Positions 18,901 through 27,463 of a DNA stretch of 64,000 nucleotides are shown one piece after another. Origin of the DNA: Thermoplasmatota archaeon (lineage in GTDB: Archaea > Thermoplasmatota > Penumbrarchaeia > Penumbrarchaeales > EX4484-36). The notes beneath the pieces are model-generated. The model had not been told where the DNA came from and did not search any database. It saw only the letters and a list, made by a program, of their open reading frames with translations. The stretch's first letter is position 1; the number at the start of each line of letters is the position of its first letter. The DNA lies in assembly GCA_029932465.1 (NCBI GenBank), contig JAOZQA010000003.1:6477-70476 (forward strand), given 5' to 3'. A program made the translations under genes and the position numbers.

Positions 18901-19723
18901 GGTCGTTCTGGGAATAGGGTTCCAGATCGTCATTTACCCTTCTCTCAGGGAGGAAGGTGTCGCCCCTGTCGTAGGAGACGGCCATGAAGATGCTGAAATC
19001 CCCCTCCCTCTGGTCGCTCCACACTATGAAAACTTTCTCTCCGTAAACAGCGATCTTGGGTCCGTACTGGTCCACACTGAGACCCCCAGAGTTCACCCTC
19101 TTCTCCCCTATCCACGTCACACCTCCGTCCTCAGATCGGGCGAAGTAGACGTGGAACTTGCCACCCTCTCTTTTGTCAAGCCAGGTAAGGTAAAGGGTGC
19201 CGTCCTCACCCACAGCCAAGGAAGGATAGATGGCATCTCTTATTGAGGTGTCAACCCTTCTGTGGGTGGAGAAGTTCACATAGTCCTCGCTCCAGACCAC
19301 GTATACGTGGTAGTAATGGACCCCAATGTAGATCTCCTGGTCATCGCTGTAGGCTACGTAGAGAGTGCCGTTGGGTGCGAAAACGGCGGTGGGGTACATT
19401 TGGTTGGAGAAGTCGTTGCTTGAATTCAAATCCCTTCTGGAATCGTCCACTTGTATCTTTTCACTCCAGGTGTAGCCGCAGTCGGTGGAGCGCGCCATTG
19501 AAATATCCCAGTTGGTGTAGAAGTAGTCCTGATATATCACGAAGAGGTCGTCCATTCCCCTAGTGAGGATGACCGGGCGCCTCTGATGGCTGCCTGTGGA
19601 GTTCCAGTTCACAAGGATGCTGCTGGAGAAGCTGTCTCCAGCGCCTTCGGTGTAATGGGGGATAAGGTAAAGTCCAGACAGCAGAAGGGTAAATAAAACG
19701 GCGAGGCCGAGCATCTTTCGCAT
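15947..19723 (-). CDS. Secreted BNR/Asp-box (sialidase-like) beta-propeller protein with Ig-like repeats, C-terminal TM and a ~150-aa acidic cytoplasmic tail
   Basis: Signal peptide MRKMLGLAVLFTLLLSGL. Asp-boxes STDCGYTW, SEDGGVTW, SYDRGDTF, TTRDGRNF, INNGTTW. TM LPLTIVAMVIITVAGALIY. Tail rich in E/P that ends RRRRRYVVWDEDDEL. Start set at the second ATG (19723); GGAGG lies 4-7 nt upstream. Confidence 0.65.
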   Translation of the reverse strand: MRKMLGLAVLFTLLLSGLYLIPHYTEGAGDSFSSSILVNWNSTGSHQRRPVILTRGMDDLFVIYQDYFYTNWDISMARSTDCGYTWSEKIQVDDSRRDLNSSNDFSNQMYPTAVFAPNGTLYVAYSDDQEIYIGVHYYHVYVVWSEDYVNFSTHRRVDTSIRDAIYPSLAVGEDGTLYLTWLDKREGGKFHVYFARSEDGGVTWIGEKRVNSGGLSVDQYGPKIAVYGEKVFIVWSDQREGDFSIFMAVSYDRGDTFLPERRVNDDLEPYSQNDPDLAVDSTGLVYIVWSDNRLGSYDIYYSTTRDGRNFTMNMLAYNGPEGGLELNPRVAVFSPGMVGITWVDRSHDEGDIYFTYTINNGTTWTGARRVDDTQRTLGTADDETKQEDPHLAFNSIGRPLVVWADHRDELFTRSDIYFARYSETLTGQNRPPIFEDRGFTPEIGTNETEFTFTLWYRDIDGDDPSAGYPRLLLFADKNGTEQIGEATVMRPAESERDNTAGSLWIATTTVEWSSGRIYYRYEVMSGDMTEPLISPVHPGPILDLSKPIVLDYGPIIPRWYNTSYVRCYLMIKDIGVAGVAPGSIRAYIKTLGSDIYTGVGDLPHVSVLPNGSVYAYLDVKANEGKYNWVKWRFTDRVGNLNESPPVNIWIDTIKVKFRNLQPSPYETQIFPDINVSIIVYDRDLYQPDLEVSGVNISSIEYCYSHSEVLPYTPWKKVENYTVEEHGDVTIWFHFRLTEGNLNMIKFRAKDLADTGWYVYGPVRYTLRIPDNYPPVLTGRIYPSTTASRTPHIWWDPAEDIENDTITYRVRILEATFGTTVMDWVSTGRYNFIDVPASVNLRVGKYFVEVVANDSHSNSNVLKANLTVLSSGDLPPPAPGPLLKSLFAYTAPGISWGGSVDPEGEAVSYLVQVGRDWASGDIVPWKWCKSPNLNFTEPLTYGIYHVEILAWDGGNFSSLKRDIFKVIDFGINFTGPRRWSLERGDALVVEVSITNEAHLSDNVTVYLEGEGAGEKWIKLELYYKDYSLTLPPGAVYPLRVAFTPEKDTKARVYSFRLRVVCEDGQTSYTSPEYSVEVLVKPRSKYPALAYLREKVFGEYLPLTIVAMVIITVAGALIYNMRLKKRMVEDPFAEQRKLYKELYGVEPDVETLKKMVEGEAAAPPAVTTQETMPSPVEPAAVEVKEEDLKEFMRGAGEGIPEEEEKLSEIEEAPEEEYPEEEEAPSVPPPEVEEISFKKPGEERTPRRRRRYVVWDEDDEL

Positions 19724-19783
19724 CATATTACCTCCAGATGGCCAGGGGCTTATAAGCATGGGGAATATAAAATATTTGGCAGG

Positions 19784-21616
19784 CTACTTTGAGCCTGAAT
19801 CCCCTCTCCTCCCCTCTAGGTCTTCAAGATAGGTCTTAAGCCGGCTTGCCACTTCCCGGGGGAGAGCGGCCCTTATGGATATCTCCTCTACTGAGGCTTC
19901 ACCGAGCTCTGCAAGGGAAGGGAACTCCTCAAGAAGCCTCTTAGCTCTCACCTCTCCTATCCCCTTCACCTCCTGGAGGAGGCTCTTCAGCTTCCCCCGT
20001 CTTCTTCGCAGATGGGAGACAGCGAACCTGTGTGCCTCATCCCTGACGGCCTCAAGGAGGAGAAGTCCCGGTGAGGATCGGGGAAGAAGGAGCTTCTCCC
20101 CCCTCTCAGTATATATAATCTCCTCCCTCTTGGCAAGGGCGACTACGGGTGGTCCTTTGAGGCCCATTGACTCCCTGGCCCTCACGGCGGCGGTAAGCTG
20201 TCCTATCCCGCCATCCACCAGAAGCAGGTCCGGAGGTCCTTCGCCTTCCCTGACCACCCTCTCAAGCCTCCTCCTAACCACCTCCTCCACCGCTGCGGGA
20301 TCGTTTATGCTTCTGCTCTCCTTGATCAGATACCTTCGGTAGAAGCTTCTAGCAGGTCTGCCGTCCAGAAAGACTACCAGGGACCCCACAGTGTCCAGTC
20401 CGCGGATATGGGAGATGTCCACCCCCTCAATCCTTAAAGGGGGTGAGGGTAGGGAGAGCACCTCCATGAGCTCCTTCAGCCCTCTCTCGGCAACCCGCGA
20501 GGGCAGGCGCCTTTCTCTAGCCTCCAGCGCTGCCCTTAAATTTCTCATGGCAAGGGCCCTTACCTCTCTGAACCTTTTGTCAACAGACTTGATCCTTACC
20601 TCTCTTTTTAACATCGCAGAGAGGGACCTTCCCAGCTCCTCCGCACCCTCCGGCAAGTGGGAGACTAAAATAAGTGGTGGCATTCCAGAGACCCTGGAGT
20701 AGTACTCCTCCAGGAAGGTCTCAATAGCAAGGCAGCCTTCCACCCCTTCTCTATTCAGGAAGAAGGGTTCAGCGCCAGCAACCCTGCCCCCCCTCACCTT
20801 GAGGAGGTAGACCGCTTCGCCTCCCTCCGACGCCTCTACGAGGTCAAAGTCCTTAACAGGGGCTGTTATGGAGGCGCCCTCGCTTATCCTCTCAATGCCT
20901 CTTATGACGTCCCTATAGTAAGCCGCCAGCTCAAACTTCTCCTCCTCCGATGCCCTCCGCATCTTTTCCCGAAGCTCTTTGAGCACACCTGCAGTGTCTC
21001 CGGAGAGGAACCTCTCAAGGTCCTTCACGTTCTTTGAGTACTCCTCCTCGTCGGCCTTCCCCGTGCACGGGGCGGTGCATCTACCTAGATGTGCTTCCAT
21101 ACAAGGCTTGTTTCTCCTGCGCAGAACCCAGCAGTTCCTCACAGGGAAGAGGGCCCTCAGATACCTGAGTGCTACCCGGAGGTCTTTCACACCGGAGTAG
21201 GGCCCGAAGAGCTTCCCTTGCCTTCCCTTGAACCCCCTCACGAGGAAGAGTCCAGGAAACCTCTGGTGGGTGGTCAGAAGGAGATAGGGGTAGGACTTGT
21301 CATCCTTCAGCTCCACGTTGAAGGGAGGTGTCATTTCCTTTATAAGGCGCTCCTCCAGAAGGGCGGCTTCCATCTCTCCCCGGGTGAGTATGCATTCAAC
21401 GCTGCTTGCCCGGCTACATAGCCTCCTCTCTTTCATGTCTGAGGATTTGAGGTGCTGGGAAACCCTGTTGCGTATATTTCTCGCCTTACCAACGTAGAGG
21501 GGGCGCCCACCCTCGTCTCTGAAAATGTATACCCCCGTGCCTGTGGGGAGCTCCCTGGGGTCTATCATCAATCTATACAAAGAGGGGGGATATATAACGG
21601 ATTTGGAGTCCCTCAT
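19784..21616 (-). CDS. uvrC: Excinuclease ABC subunit C (UvrC)
   Basis: GIY-YIG motif GVYIFRDEGGRPLYVGKARNIRNRV, UvrC central domain, and a C-terminal (HhH)2. The ORF-track N-terminus is over-extended. Start placed at ATG 21616; 21568 is also possible. Confidence 0.8.
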   Translation of the reverse strand: MRDSKSVIYPPSLYRLMIDPRELPTGTGVYIFRDEGGRPLYVGKARNIRNRVSQHLKSSDMKERRLCSRASSVECILTRGEMEAALLEERLIKEMTPPFNVELKDDKSYPYLLLTTHQRFPGLFLVRGFKGRQGKLFGPYSGVKDLRVALRYLRALFPVRNCWVLRRRNKPCMEAHLGRCTAPCTGKADEEEYSKNVKDLERFLSGDTAGVLKELREKMRRASEEEKFELAAYYRDVIRGIERISEGASITAPVKDFDLVEASEGGEAVYLLKVRGGRVAGAEPFFLNREGVEGCLAIETFLEEYYSRVSGMPPLILVSHLPEGAEELGRSLSAMLKREVRIKSVDKRFREVRALAMRNLRAALEARERRLPSRVAERGLKELMEVLSLPSPPLRIEGVDISHIRGLDTVGSLVVFLDGRPARSFYRRYLIKESRSINDPAAVEEVVRRRLERVVREGEGPPDLLLVDGGIGQLTAAVRARESMGLKGPPVVALAKREEIIYTERGEKLLLPRSSPGLLLLEAVRDEAHRFAVSHLRRRRGKLKSLLQEVKGIGEVRAKRLLEEFPSLAELGEASVEEISIRAALPREVASRLKTYLEDLEGRRGDSGSK

Positions 21617-21900
21617 AGGATCTTCTCCAGGTGGTAGCGGGGCCTTTCTATATGAGTGGAGCCGCATTCGGGACATCGGGAAATGTAGTGCAGCCCCCGG
21701 GGGTGGGTCCTTCTGCCGCACTTATAACAGACGATCTGGGTTGTGCGTAGGTGATATCCCTTCACCTTGAGCGAGTGAAGCAGGTGCTTTAAGTCTTCGA
21801 CGATTATGGAGGGCCTAACCCCGAAGGTCTTCGCCAGCTCTGGAACGCTGTAATATCCCTCAAGGAGCAGCTCTTCTATTTTCTCCCTGCGCGTGGTCAT
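21613..21900 (-). CDS. Small transcriptional regulator: HTH domain fused to a C4 zinc ribbon (COG3357-like)
   Basis: N-terminal helix-turn-helix-like SVPELAKTFGVRPSIIVEDL and C-terminal CYKCG...CPECG. It overlaps or abuts the uvrC start. Confidence 0.45.
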   Translation of the reverse strand: MTTRREKIEELLLEGYYSVPELAKTFGVRPSIIVEDLKHLLHSLKVKGYHLRTTQIVCYKCGRRTHPRGLHYISRCPECGSTHIERPRYHLEKIL

Positions 21901-21934
21901 TGTACTTACCCCAAAGGTGCAGAATGAGAAGAAG

Positions 21935-22044
21935 TGGTCCCGGCTCCCGGATTTGAACCGGGGATCTGAGGATCTCTGCGGGGGTCGGGACTGGCCCGAA
22001 GCCTTCTACAGTCCCCCGCTCTAGCCAGACTAAGCTAAGCCGGG
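21935..22044 (-). tRNA. tRNA-Tyr (anticodon GUA) with a ~32-nt intron at the canonical 37/38 position; CCA encoded
   Basis: Manual fold: acceptor CCCGGCU/AGCCGGG, D-arm GCUU...GAGC, anticodon stem GGGGA/UCCUC, loop CUGUAGA, T-arm CCCGG-UUCAAAU-CCGGG, discriminator A + CCA. The extra 32 nt extend the anticodon helix (GGGGGACUG...CAGUCCC..CCCCC), as expected for a BHB motif. Confidence 0.6.
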
Positions 22045-22152
22045 ACGTGTTTTCCTTATTATCACCCCTTATTTATCCTTTTTTATTTCCTTTATAAATT
22101 TTTCATCGAAAACTACAAAGGGGTGGAGAAGAGGGAGAAAACTTTAACCCGT

Positions 22153-22692
22153 ATGACCCTTTCCCCCTCTGTGTACGTGCTGGACACCTCCGTAATACTC
22201 ACATACTCCGGCGCACTGGGTGCGCTCCTTAAGGAAGGCGTAGCTATTCCCCCATCGGTGCTTGATGAGGTTCAGTTTGAGCCCCAGCGAAGTCGCCTCA
22301 GGGAGCTTGTAGAGGCGGGGGCAGAGGTCATCCCCCCCGCAGAGGAGGCGATCAAAAAGGTCAGGGAGACCGCCCGAGCTGCGGGAGAGCACCAGATGAG
22401 CGAAGCAGACATCAAGGTCGTGGCACTTGCACTCCAGCTCGGCGCCACCCTCTTGACTGAGGACTACTCCGTACAGAATGTGGCCCAGCTTCTAGGAGTT
22501 CCCTGGAGATGTCTCACAACCAGAGGTATAAGGAAGGTTTATATCTGGGGGGTGAAGTGTGTGGACTGTGGTAGAGTCTTTGAAAAACCCCCTGGAGAGG
22601 TCTGCTCTATTTGCGGGGGAAGACTCAGGCGCTGGAGGCTCAAAGCTAAGGGAAAGCTTAATTTCAATAAAGAGTTACACCAGAGTGGATAA
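22153..22692 (+). CDS. nob1: Nob1-like endonuclease (PIN domain plus C-terminal Zn ribbon)
   Basis: PIN signature VYVLDTSVIL...TEDYSV, then CVDCG-x15-CSICGG. A TATA-like TTTATAAATTTTT lies at 22088-22100. The alternative GTG start at 22123 cannot be excluded. Confidence 0.5.
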   Translation: MTLSPSVYVLDTSVILTYSGALGALLKEGVAIPPSVLDEVQFEPQRSRLRELVEAGAEVIPPAEEAIKKVRETARAAGEHQMSEADIKVVALALQLGATLLTEDYSVQNVAQLLGVPWRCLTTRGIRKVYIWGVKCVDCGRVFEKPPGEVCSICGGRLRRWRLKAKGKLNFNKELHQSG

Positions 22693-22708
22693 AACTGGAA
22701 GTGATCCC

Positions 22709-23302
22709 ATGGTGAAGAAGGCATCCATGGCTGTTGCAGCTCTGATCGTTGTGGCAATCCTTGCAGTAGCCGGCTGCGGTGAAAAGGAAGTAAAAAGAAT
22801 AAGGCAGGAGGAGGAAGGGGTAGGGGAGACTCTCACTTTCGATGGGCATCTTGACAACCCCGAGTGGGGCGGGGCCCAGAGGACGCAGGACGTCTATGAA
22901 ATAGACTTCGCCCAAGAGGCCAACGTGACCGAGGGCAGGGAGGTGCAGCTAACCAGGCTCACCGTCAACCTCAGGTGGGTAGATGACCATTCGGGGACGG
23001 ACTCCCAGGACGTCACCGACCCCTTCATGGTAAATATCACTGTAGGGAACGTTACCGTTTCCTCTGGCTTCCGCGACACGGGTCAGATTACCTTGACGCT
23101 TCCCAATAATCAGGTCACTGATAAAATGCTCGCAGAGAACACCACGGTACAGATAACGGTTTACATAGGTGACTGCGGCACCTATGCAGCGCCGCCGTTC
23201 ATCTTCGGCAGGCTTGTGCGTTACTACGATACGGGGAACGATTACACAATGACCGTTGACTATTCTTACCTTGAGGTCTGGTACGAGACTAAGAACGCCT
23301 GA
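22709..23302 (+). CDS. Putative lipoprotein of unknown function
   Basis: Signal peptide MVKKASMAVAALIVVAILAVAGC with a lipobox-like VAGC. Several sequons. GGAAGTGA lies upstream of the ATG. Confidence 0.45.
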   Translation: MVKKASMAVAALIVVAILAVAGCGEKEVKRIRQEEEGVGETLTFDGHLDNPEWGGAQRTQDVYEIDFAQEANVTEGREVQLTRLTVNLRWVDDHSGTDSQDVTDPFMVNITVGNVTVSSGFRDTGQITLTLPNNQVTDKMLAENTTVQITVYIGDCGTYAAPPFIFGRLVRYYDTGNDYTMTVDYSYLEVWYETKNA

Positions 23303-23320
23303 AGGGAGCTGGGATGTCCA

Positions 23321-24691
23321 TCAGAGTAGCTCCTTGAGGGTCACCACTGGGAGTCCCCCCTCTCTGTCAATGGTGGGCACCATGACCCCCGTTGGGGGTT
23401 TCACACCGTAGAAGAGGGGTGTATTGTCAATCAGCCTGTATTTGAAGACGATGTCTGAGAAGTTGGCAACGGCCCCGGCCAAACTCAGATCCGGGCGCGC
23501 AATGGAGATGCCGAGGTAACCTCGACTTCTGATAAATACCCTGGTCCGCAGGAGGTCTTGGGGGGTGGCCGTGGTTCCCATTCGGTACTCCAGGGTGTCC
23601 AGTCCAACAAGGTCCATAAGGGGTCTTGAGTACCCCTGGGTGAGCTCTTCAAGCTCTGTTCTGTAGAGCTTCTGCGAACTCCTATCTGTCATGGGGATTA
23701 CCAGGGGATTGCCCGGGGAGGCCCTGAAGTAGTCCACGAACCTGACGTGCTCCTCTAATATACCCTCGGGGAGAAATCTGCTCAAGTCGCTGTAGATGCT
23801 CTCTGGGGTCTCCCCCCCAGGGGGCGTTATGAAGACAACACCGTCGTTCTGGATGAAGTTTAGGATAATGGGGCGCAGGATAAGCATAAGCATCTCTTCG
23901 CTGACCTCGAAGGAGGCCTCTATCATTATATACTGGCCCCTTTTGAACCCGCCGTTTAAAATATCATCGAGCTTTGGTATCCCGCTGGAGTAGCGGTTGG
24001 GAGGGTGGGGTGTTTTCTTCCACATTATCTGTTCCTCTGGCTTGAGAACAGGCATCTCAGAGAACACGCGGAAGTTTCCGCCCCGCAAACTGAAGAGATA
24101 CTTTCTCCTGCCTATTTCCACTCCCCTCATTTTAATGATCTCAAGCTCCCTTACCTTTCTCCCGTCAACTTCAGTGTGACCCAGACTAACTATACCTCCT
24201 ACAAGAGGGTCGAGGAAGGATTCTCTCGAGGTCTCCTCCACGATGATGAGGGAGAGATTCTCCCTCTGGACAACATCAAGGGTGGCCCTCACCATCCTTG
24301 AAGGGTTCTCGAACCTCTCAAGGAGGCTGTCAATAGTATCTATCATCACCACCTTCGGTTTAAAATCGCTTTTTACAAGGTCAGTGAACTCCCTCAAAAA
24401 CCAGTTGGGGTCAGTTATCTTAGAGTTCTTGTCAAAGAGCTTCGCCTGCTCCCTTAGCGGGGACCCCTCCTTCAGATGGGGGAATTGAAGGGAGAGCTGG
24501 TCCTCCTCCACCCGGGTGAAGAGCATGACGCCTCTCTCATCTTTTGTAAGTTGTCTCACTATCTCGATTGCTAGGAGGGTCTTTCCCGTTCCCGTGCCTC
24601 CCTTAAGGAGAAGGACCTCTCCTGTGTGCGTTCGGAAGAACTGCTCTATTTCCACAGGTACATTCTGCACGACCGGATAAGCTTCTTTCAT
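23321..24691 (-). CDS. KaiC/RecA-superfamily ATPase, two-domain, second domain without a P-loop
   Basis: Walker A GGTGTGKT near the N-terminus, Walker B-like VVMIDTID, and a duplicated RecA-like fold in the C-terminal half that lacks GKT. Confidence 0.55.
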   Translation of the reverse strand: MKEAYPVVQNVPVEIEQFFRTHTGEVLLLKGGTGTGKTLLAIEIVRQLTKDERGVMLFTRVEEDQLSLQFPHLKEGSPLREQAKLFDKNSKITDPNWFLREFTDLVKSDFKPKVVMIDTIDSLLERFENPSRMVRATLDVVQRENLSLIIVEETSRESFLDPLVGGIVSLGHTEVDGRKVRELEIIKMRGVEIGRRKYLFSLRGGNFRVFSEMPVLKPEEQIMWKKTPHPPNRYSSGIPKLDDILNGGFKRGQYIMIEASFEVSEEMLMLILRPIILNFIQNDGVVFITPPGGETPESIYSDLSRFLPEGILEEHVRFVDYFRASPGNPLVIPMTDRSSQKLYRTELEELTQGYSRPLMDLVGLDTLEYRMGTTATPQDLLRTRVFIRSRGYLGISIARPDLSLAGAVANFSDIVFKYRLIDNTPLFYGVKPPTGVMVPTIDREGGLPVVTLKELL

Positions 24692-24775
24692 CTTCAGACC
24701 TCTTCAATCATATGGAAAAACTTTATTAAAAAGTTTCAGAATGATTATCGCATAAAAAGAAAAAGTGGTGTGAAG

Positions 24776-24973
24776 ATGGACTATAGGGATATGGAGGAGG
24801 CACTCAAAAAGGTCAGTATTTTTGGGGAGGGGATGTTGAAAAGCAAAGCACTTGACGAGATGGTCTACCTCTCCCTGGTAGACCTCCTAGTCAGAGGTGT
24901 TATGATATATGATCCCGATGAGGACACCTTTGTTCTGAGGGGGTCAGAAGATGAGCCCTGCCACGAGGTATAG
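24776..24973 (+). CDS. Small hypothetical protein (65 aa)
   Basis: ATG preceded by AAAGTGGTG and a TATA-like TTTATTAAAAAG about 45 nt upstream. Its 3' end overlaps the convergent transporter gene. No recognisable motif. Confidence 0.2.
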   Translation: MDYRDMEEALKKVSIFGEGMLKSKALDEMVYLSLVDLLVRGVMIYDPDEDTFVLRGSEDEPCHEV

Positions 24974-27034
24974 GGCCACCAGCGTTCCCATTATCGCCTC
25001 ACCCACTATGAGTCCCGTGGCCATCATATAGGTGTCGAGAAGCTTGAGAGTCTTCATCCTCTCATCCCCGCCGTAGCGGGGCTCAAGGACATATTTCTCC
25101 CATGAACTCCTCCATAAACCACCCACAAGTAGCGGGACTTGGAGTCCCAGAGGGAGGTACATCCCCAGGCCAAAGGCGGTCCCCATACCTATAGCAAGTT
25201 CTATCAAAACCCCCACCACGATCCCCGCTGCAAATATGTTCCAGTCAACGGCCCCCACCACAAGCCCTTTTGCGAAGACTACGAAGGCGTGGGCCTGGGG
25301 GGCTGGCAGGTTGAGCTCTCCTTTTGCAAGGCCATAGGAGAGGAAGGCGGCGGAAAGACCTGAAACTATAGCCCCTGGTATGATTCCGGGGGTTAAGCCT
25401 CTCACCAGGTCGTGGGGCCTATTCCCGCAGTAGAGCCCATTCTTGAAATTGAGGATGGTGTCCCCGGACATGGAAATGGCTCCGCCGAAGACGGTGGTCC
25501 CTATGAGGGACATTATGAGGAGTTCACTCCTGCTCATCCCAAAGAGCTTGAAGGTGAGTATAAGGATAATAAGTACCAGAAAGGACGTAGCTGAGACGGG
25601 TTCGGTTCCTGTCTCTCCCATGACCTTGACCGCTATAGCGCCCAGAATGAAGGTGAGGCTGATCAGCAAAATGGCGAAGACGAGGGAGGCGAAAAAGGGG
25701 AAGCCGCCTGCCCAGAATACCATAAAGACGATGAGAAGCGTCACCACTAACATGACCTTGATGTGCTCCGCCGGCCACTCGTACCAACCCTTCCTGGGGA
25801 TATACGAGGCCCTAGCCCCCTCCCCGGAGCTCTCAACCTTTCTGAGGTCGGCAAAGACCGTTTTGAAGACGGGTATCATCTTCAGAAGTGCTGTCATCCC
25901 TCCCCCGAATATGGTACCTATAGCCATTATCCTGGCTAGCTGGTATGCCGCAAGGGCTGGGGAGGTGGGGACTCCCTCATAAGGAGTGCCCGCAAGGAGT
26001 CCTCTCTGTGCGAGTGGCCAGAACATACTCATGTCCGCAACGTCGAATACCTCCCCCGTGTTGAAGTATATGTACGGAATGTGGCTGGCCACTGCGAGGG
26101 GGACTACGAAGAACCACGTGAACATTGTACCTAGGAATATTAGAAAAGCTGTCCTCGCCTTCATGAACCAGCCTAGCCCAAATTGGATGGGTATGAGGCT
26201 TATAGAGGCGACGGTGTATTTTGCAGGCTCCGGGGTGAATATGATGTCCCCGGCAGCGTAGTGAGGACCACCGAAGAGGTGGTCCAGGATAGAGCGTCCT
26301 TTGATGATGGGAAAGTCTCTGAAGAAAGTGAAGAGAGCGGTAGCAGTAATCCAGGAGACCGTCATTTTGAAGGAGCGCTTGGCCTGTTCCCCTGCTTCGG
26401 AGGAGACCACCCTGGAGAGGTCCAGCATCTTCACGGTGGCCTCGAAGCCGGGGGTGGGCAGGGGATCCTCCACAAGCCAGATTCTGCGGAAAACGATAAA
26501 GTACATGACCCCCAGGATGCCCGAGACCATGGTGGAGAGGATGGATATGGTAAGTATTCTTGTCATAGGCAGATGGGTTATGAGGGGGGAGCCCCCCACG
26601 TATTCTGACGGGTCATAGGCGAGAATAAATATGGCGGGGAAGGTGAAGACGAAGCCAGTGCAGATCATCGCTGCGCCATTGGAGGCGGTGGCAGCCACGT
26701 TGAGGGTGGGCGGGTTCCATCTCCACGCCATCCCTAGGATGTAGATGATGTACCAGGAGCCCGCCACTACCATCCCCACTTTGAGCCCTACATACTGGTT
26801 TATCAGGGCGAAGAGTGTACCGATAGCTATGGCAATCCAAATCTTTTTCCAGTCCCATGCCGGGATGTCAAAGGCTTCTCTGCGGTTTTTCTCGTCGAGA
26901 TACTGTTCCAGGGCCCCGGTGTTAAAATTAGCGAACATCTCGGGGTCGAACCAGTTTAGGGTCCCCTCCTCGATCTTACGTATGCCAGAAGGAGTGAGCG
27001 GTTGACGGTAGATGGATCTCTTAACCCTAGCCAT
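24944..27034 (-). CDS. Polytopic membrane transporter, probably OPT-family oligopeptide transporter
   Basis: About 16 predicted TM helices, ~695 aa, with a GLKVG-type N-terminal region typical of OPT proteins. Start moved to ATG 27034 (MARVKR), which has GGTGG 5 nt upstream and a TATA-like box further up. Confidence 0.45.
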   Translation of the reverse strand: MARVKRSIYRQPLTPSGIRKIEEGTLNWFDPEMFANFNTGALEQYLDEKNRREAFDIPAWDWKKIWIAIAIGTLFALINQYVGLKVGMVVAGSWYIIYILGMAWRWNPPTLNVAATASNGAAMICTGFVFTFPAIFILAYDPSEYVGGSPLITHLPMTRILTISILSTMVSGILGVMYFIVFRRIWLVEDPLPTPGFEATVKMLDLSRVVSSEAGEQAKRSFKMTVSWITATALFTFFRDFPIIKGRSILDHLFGGPHYAAGDIIFTPEPAKYTVASISLIPIQFGLGWFMKARTAFLIFLGTMFTWFFVVPLAVASHIPYIYFNTGEVFDVADMSMFWPLAQRGLLAGTPYEGVPTSPALAAYQLARIMAIGTIFGGGMTALLKMIPVFKTVFADLRKVESSGEGARASYIPRKGWYEWPAEHIKVMLVVTLLIVFMVFWAGGFPFFASLVFAILLISLTFILGAIAVKVMGETGTEPVSATSFLVLIILILTFKLFGMSRSELLIMSLIGTTVFGGAISMSGDTILNFKNGLYCGNRPHDLVRGLTPGIIPGAIVSGLSAAFLSYGLAKGELNLPAPQAHAFVVFAKGLVVGAVDWNIFAAGIVVGVLIELAIGMGTAFGLGMYLPLGLQVPLLVGGLWRSSWEKYVLEPRYGGDERMKTLKLLDTYMMATGLIVGEAIMGTLVALYLVAGLIF

Positions 27035-27199
27035 GAGACCACCGATTAAAAAGGAGTTCAGGCTTTTGGATTGCATCTATTTACTTAAACCTTTGTGAAT
27101 CCTCTCTAAAGCGGCTTGATTCTTGCGGCGAGGTGTAGGTTAAAATTAAGTATTCTGCCCCTTTAAAGTGTAGCGAGACAAAAAATCGGGGGAAGTTCA

Positions 27200-27463
27200 A
27201 TGTACTGGGCAGATATCCGCGTTGGTTTCAAAAAGGGAGTTACGGACCCAGAAGGGGCGAACACCGCCAAGGCGCTGAGGCTGCTGGGCTTCGAAGAGGT
27301 TGAAGAAGTGAAGTTCTCCAAGTTCTACTCAGTGAAGCTGAAGGTTGAAAGTGAGGAGAGGGCAAGGGAGCTTGCTGAGAGGATGTGCGAGAAGCTCCTT
27401 TCAAACCCAGTCATCAATTTCTATGAGATCACAATACGGGAGGAGAAGGAGGAGGTTCCGTGA
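27200..27463 (+). CDS. purS: Phosphoribosylformylglycinamidine synthase subunit PurS
   Basis: ~87 aa. Typical PurS sequence (GVTDPEG...KALRLLGF...). Directly upstream of purL. Confidence 0.85.
   Translation: MYWADIRVGFKKGVTDPEGANTAKALRLLGFEEVEEVKFSKFYSVKLKVESEERARELAERMCEKLLSNPVINFYEITIREEKEEVP

Noticed and set aside
21613-21721. Long N-terminal extension of UvrC in the ORF track (MRQKDPPPGAALHF...)
   Set aside because: It would overlap the upstream regulator gene by ~100 nt and is not part of the UvrC fold. The downstream ATG at 21616 (or 21568) just before the GIY-YIG motif is preferred.
25443-25982. 179-aa plus-strand ORF, with several others, inside the OPT transporter gene
   Set aside because: It is antisense to a strongly hydrophobic multi-TM coding region. 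GC-rich archaeal genes routinely give long antisense ORFs.
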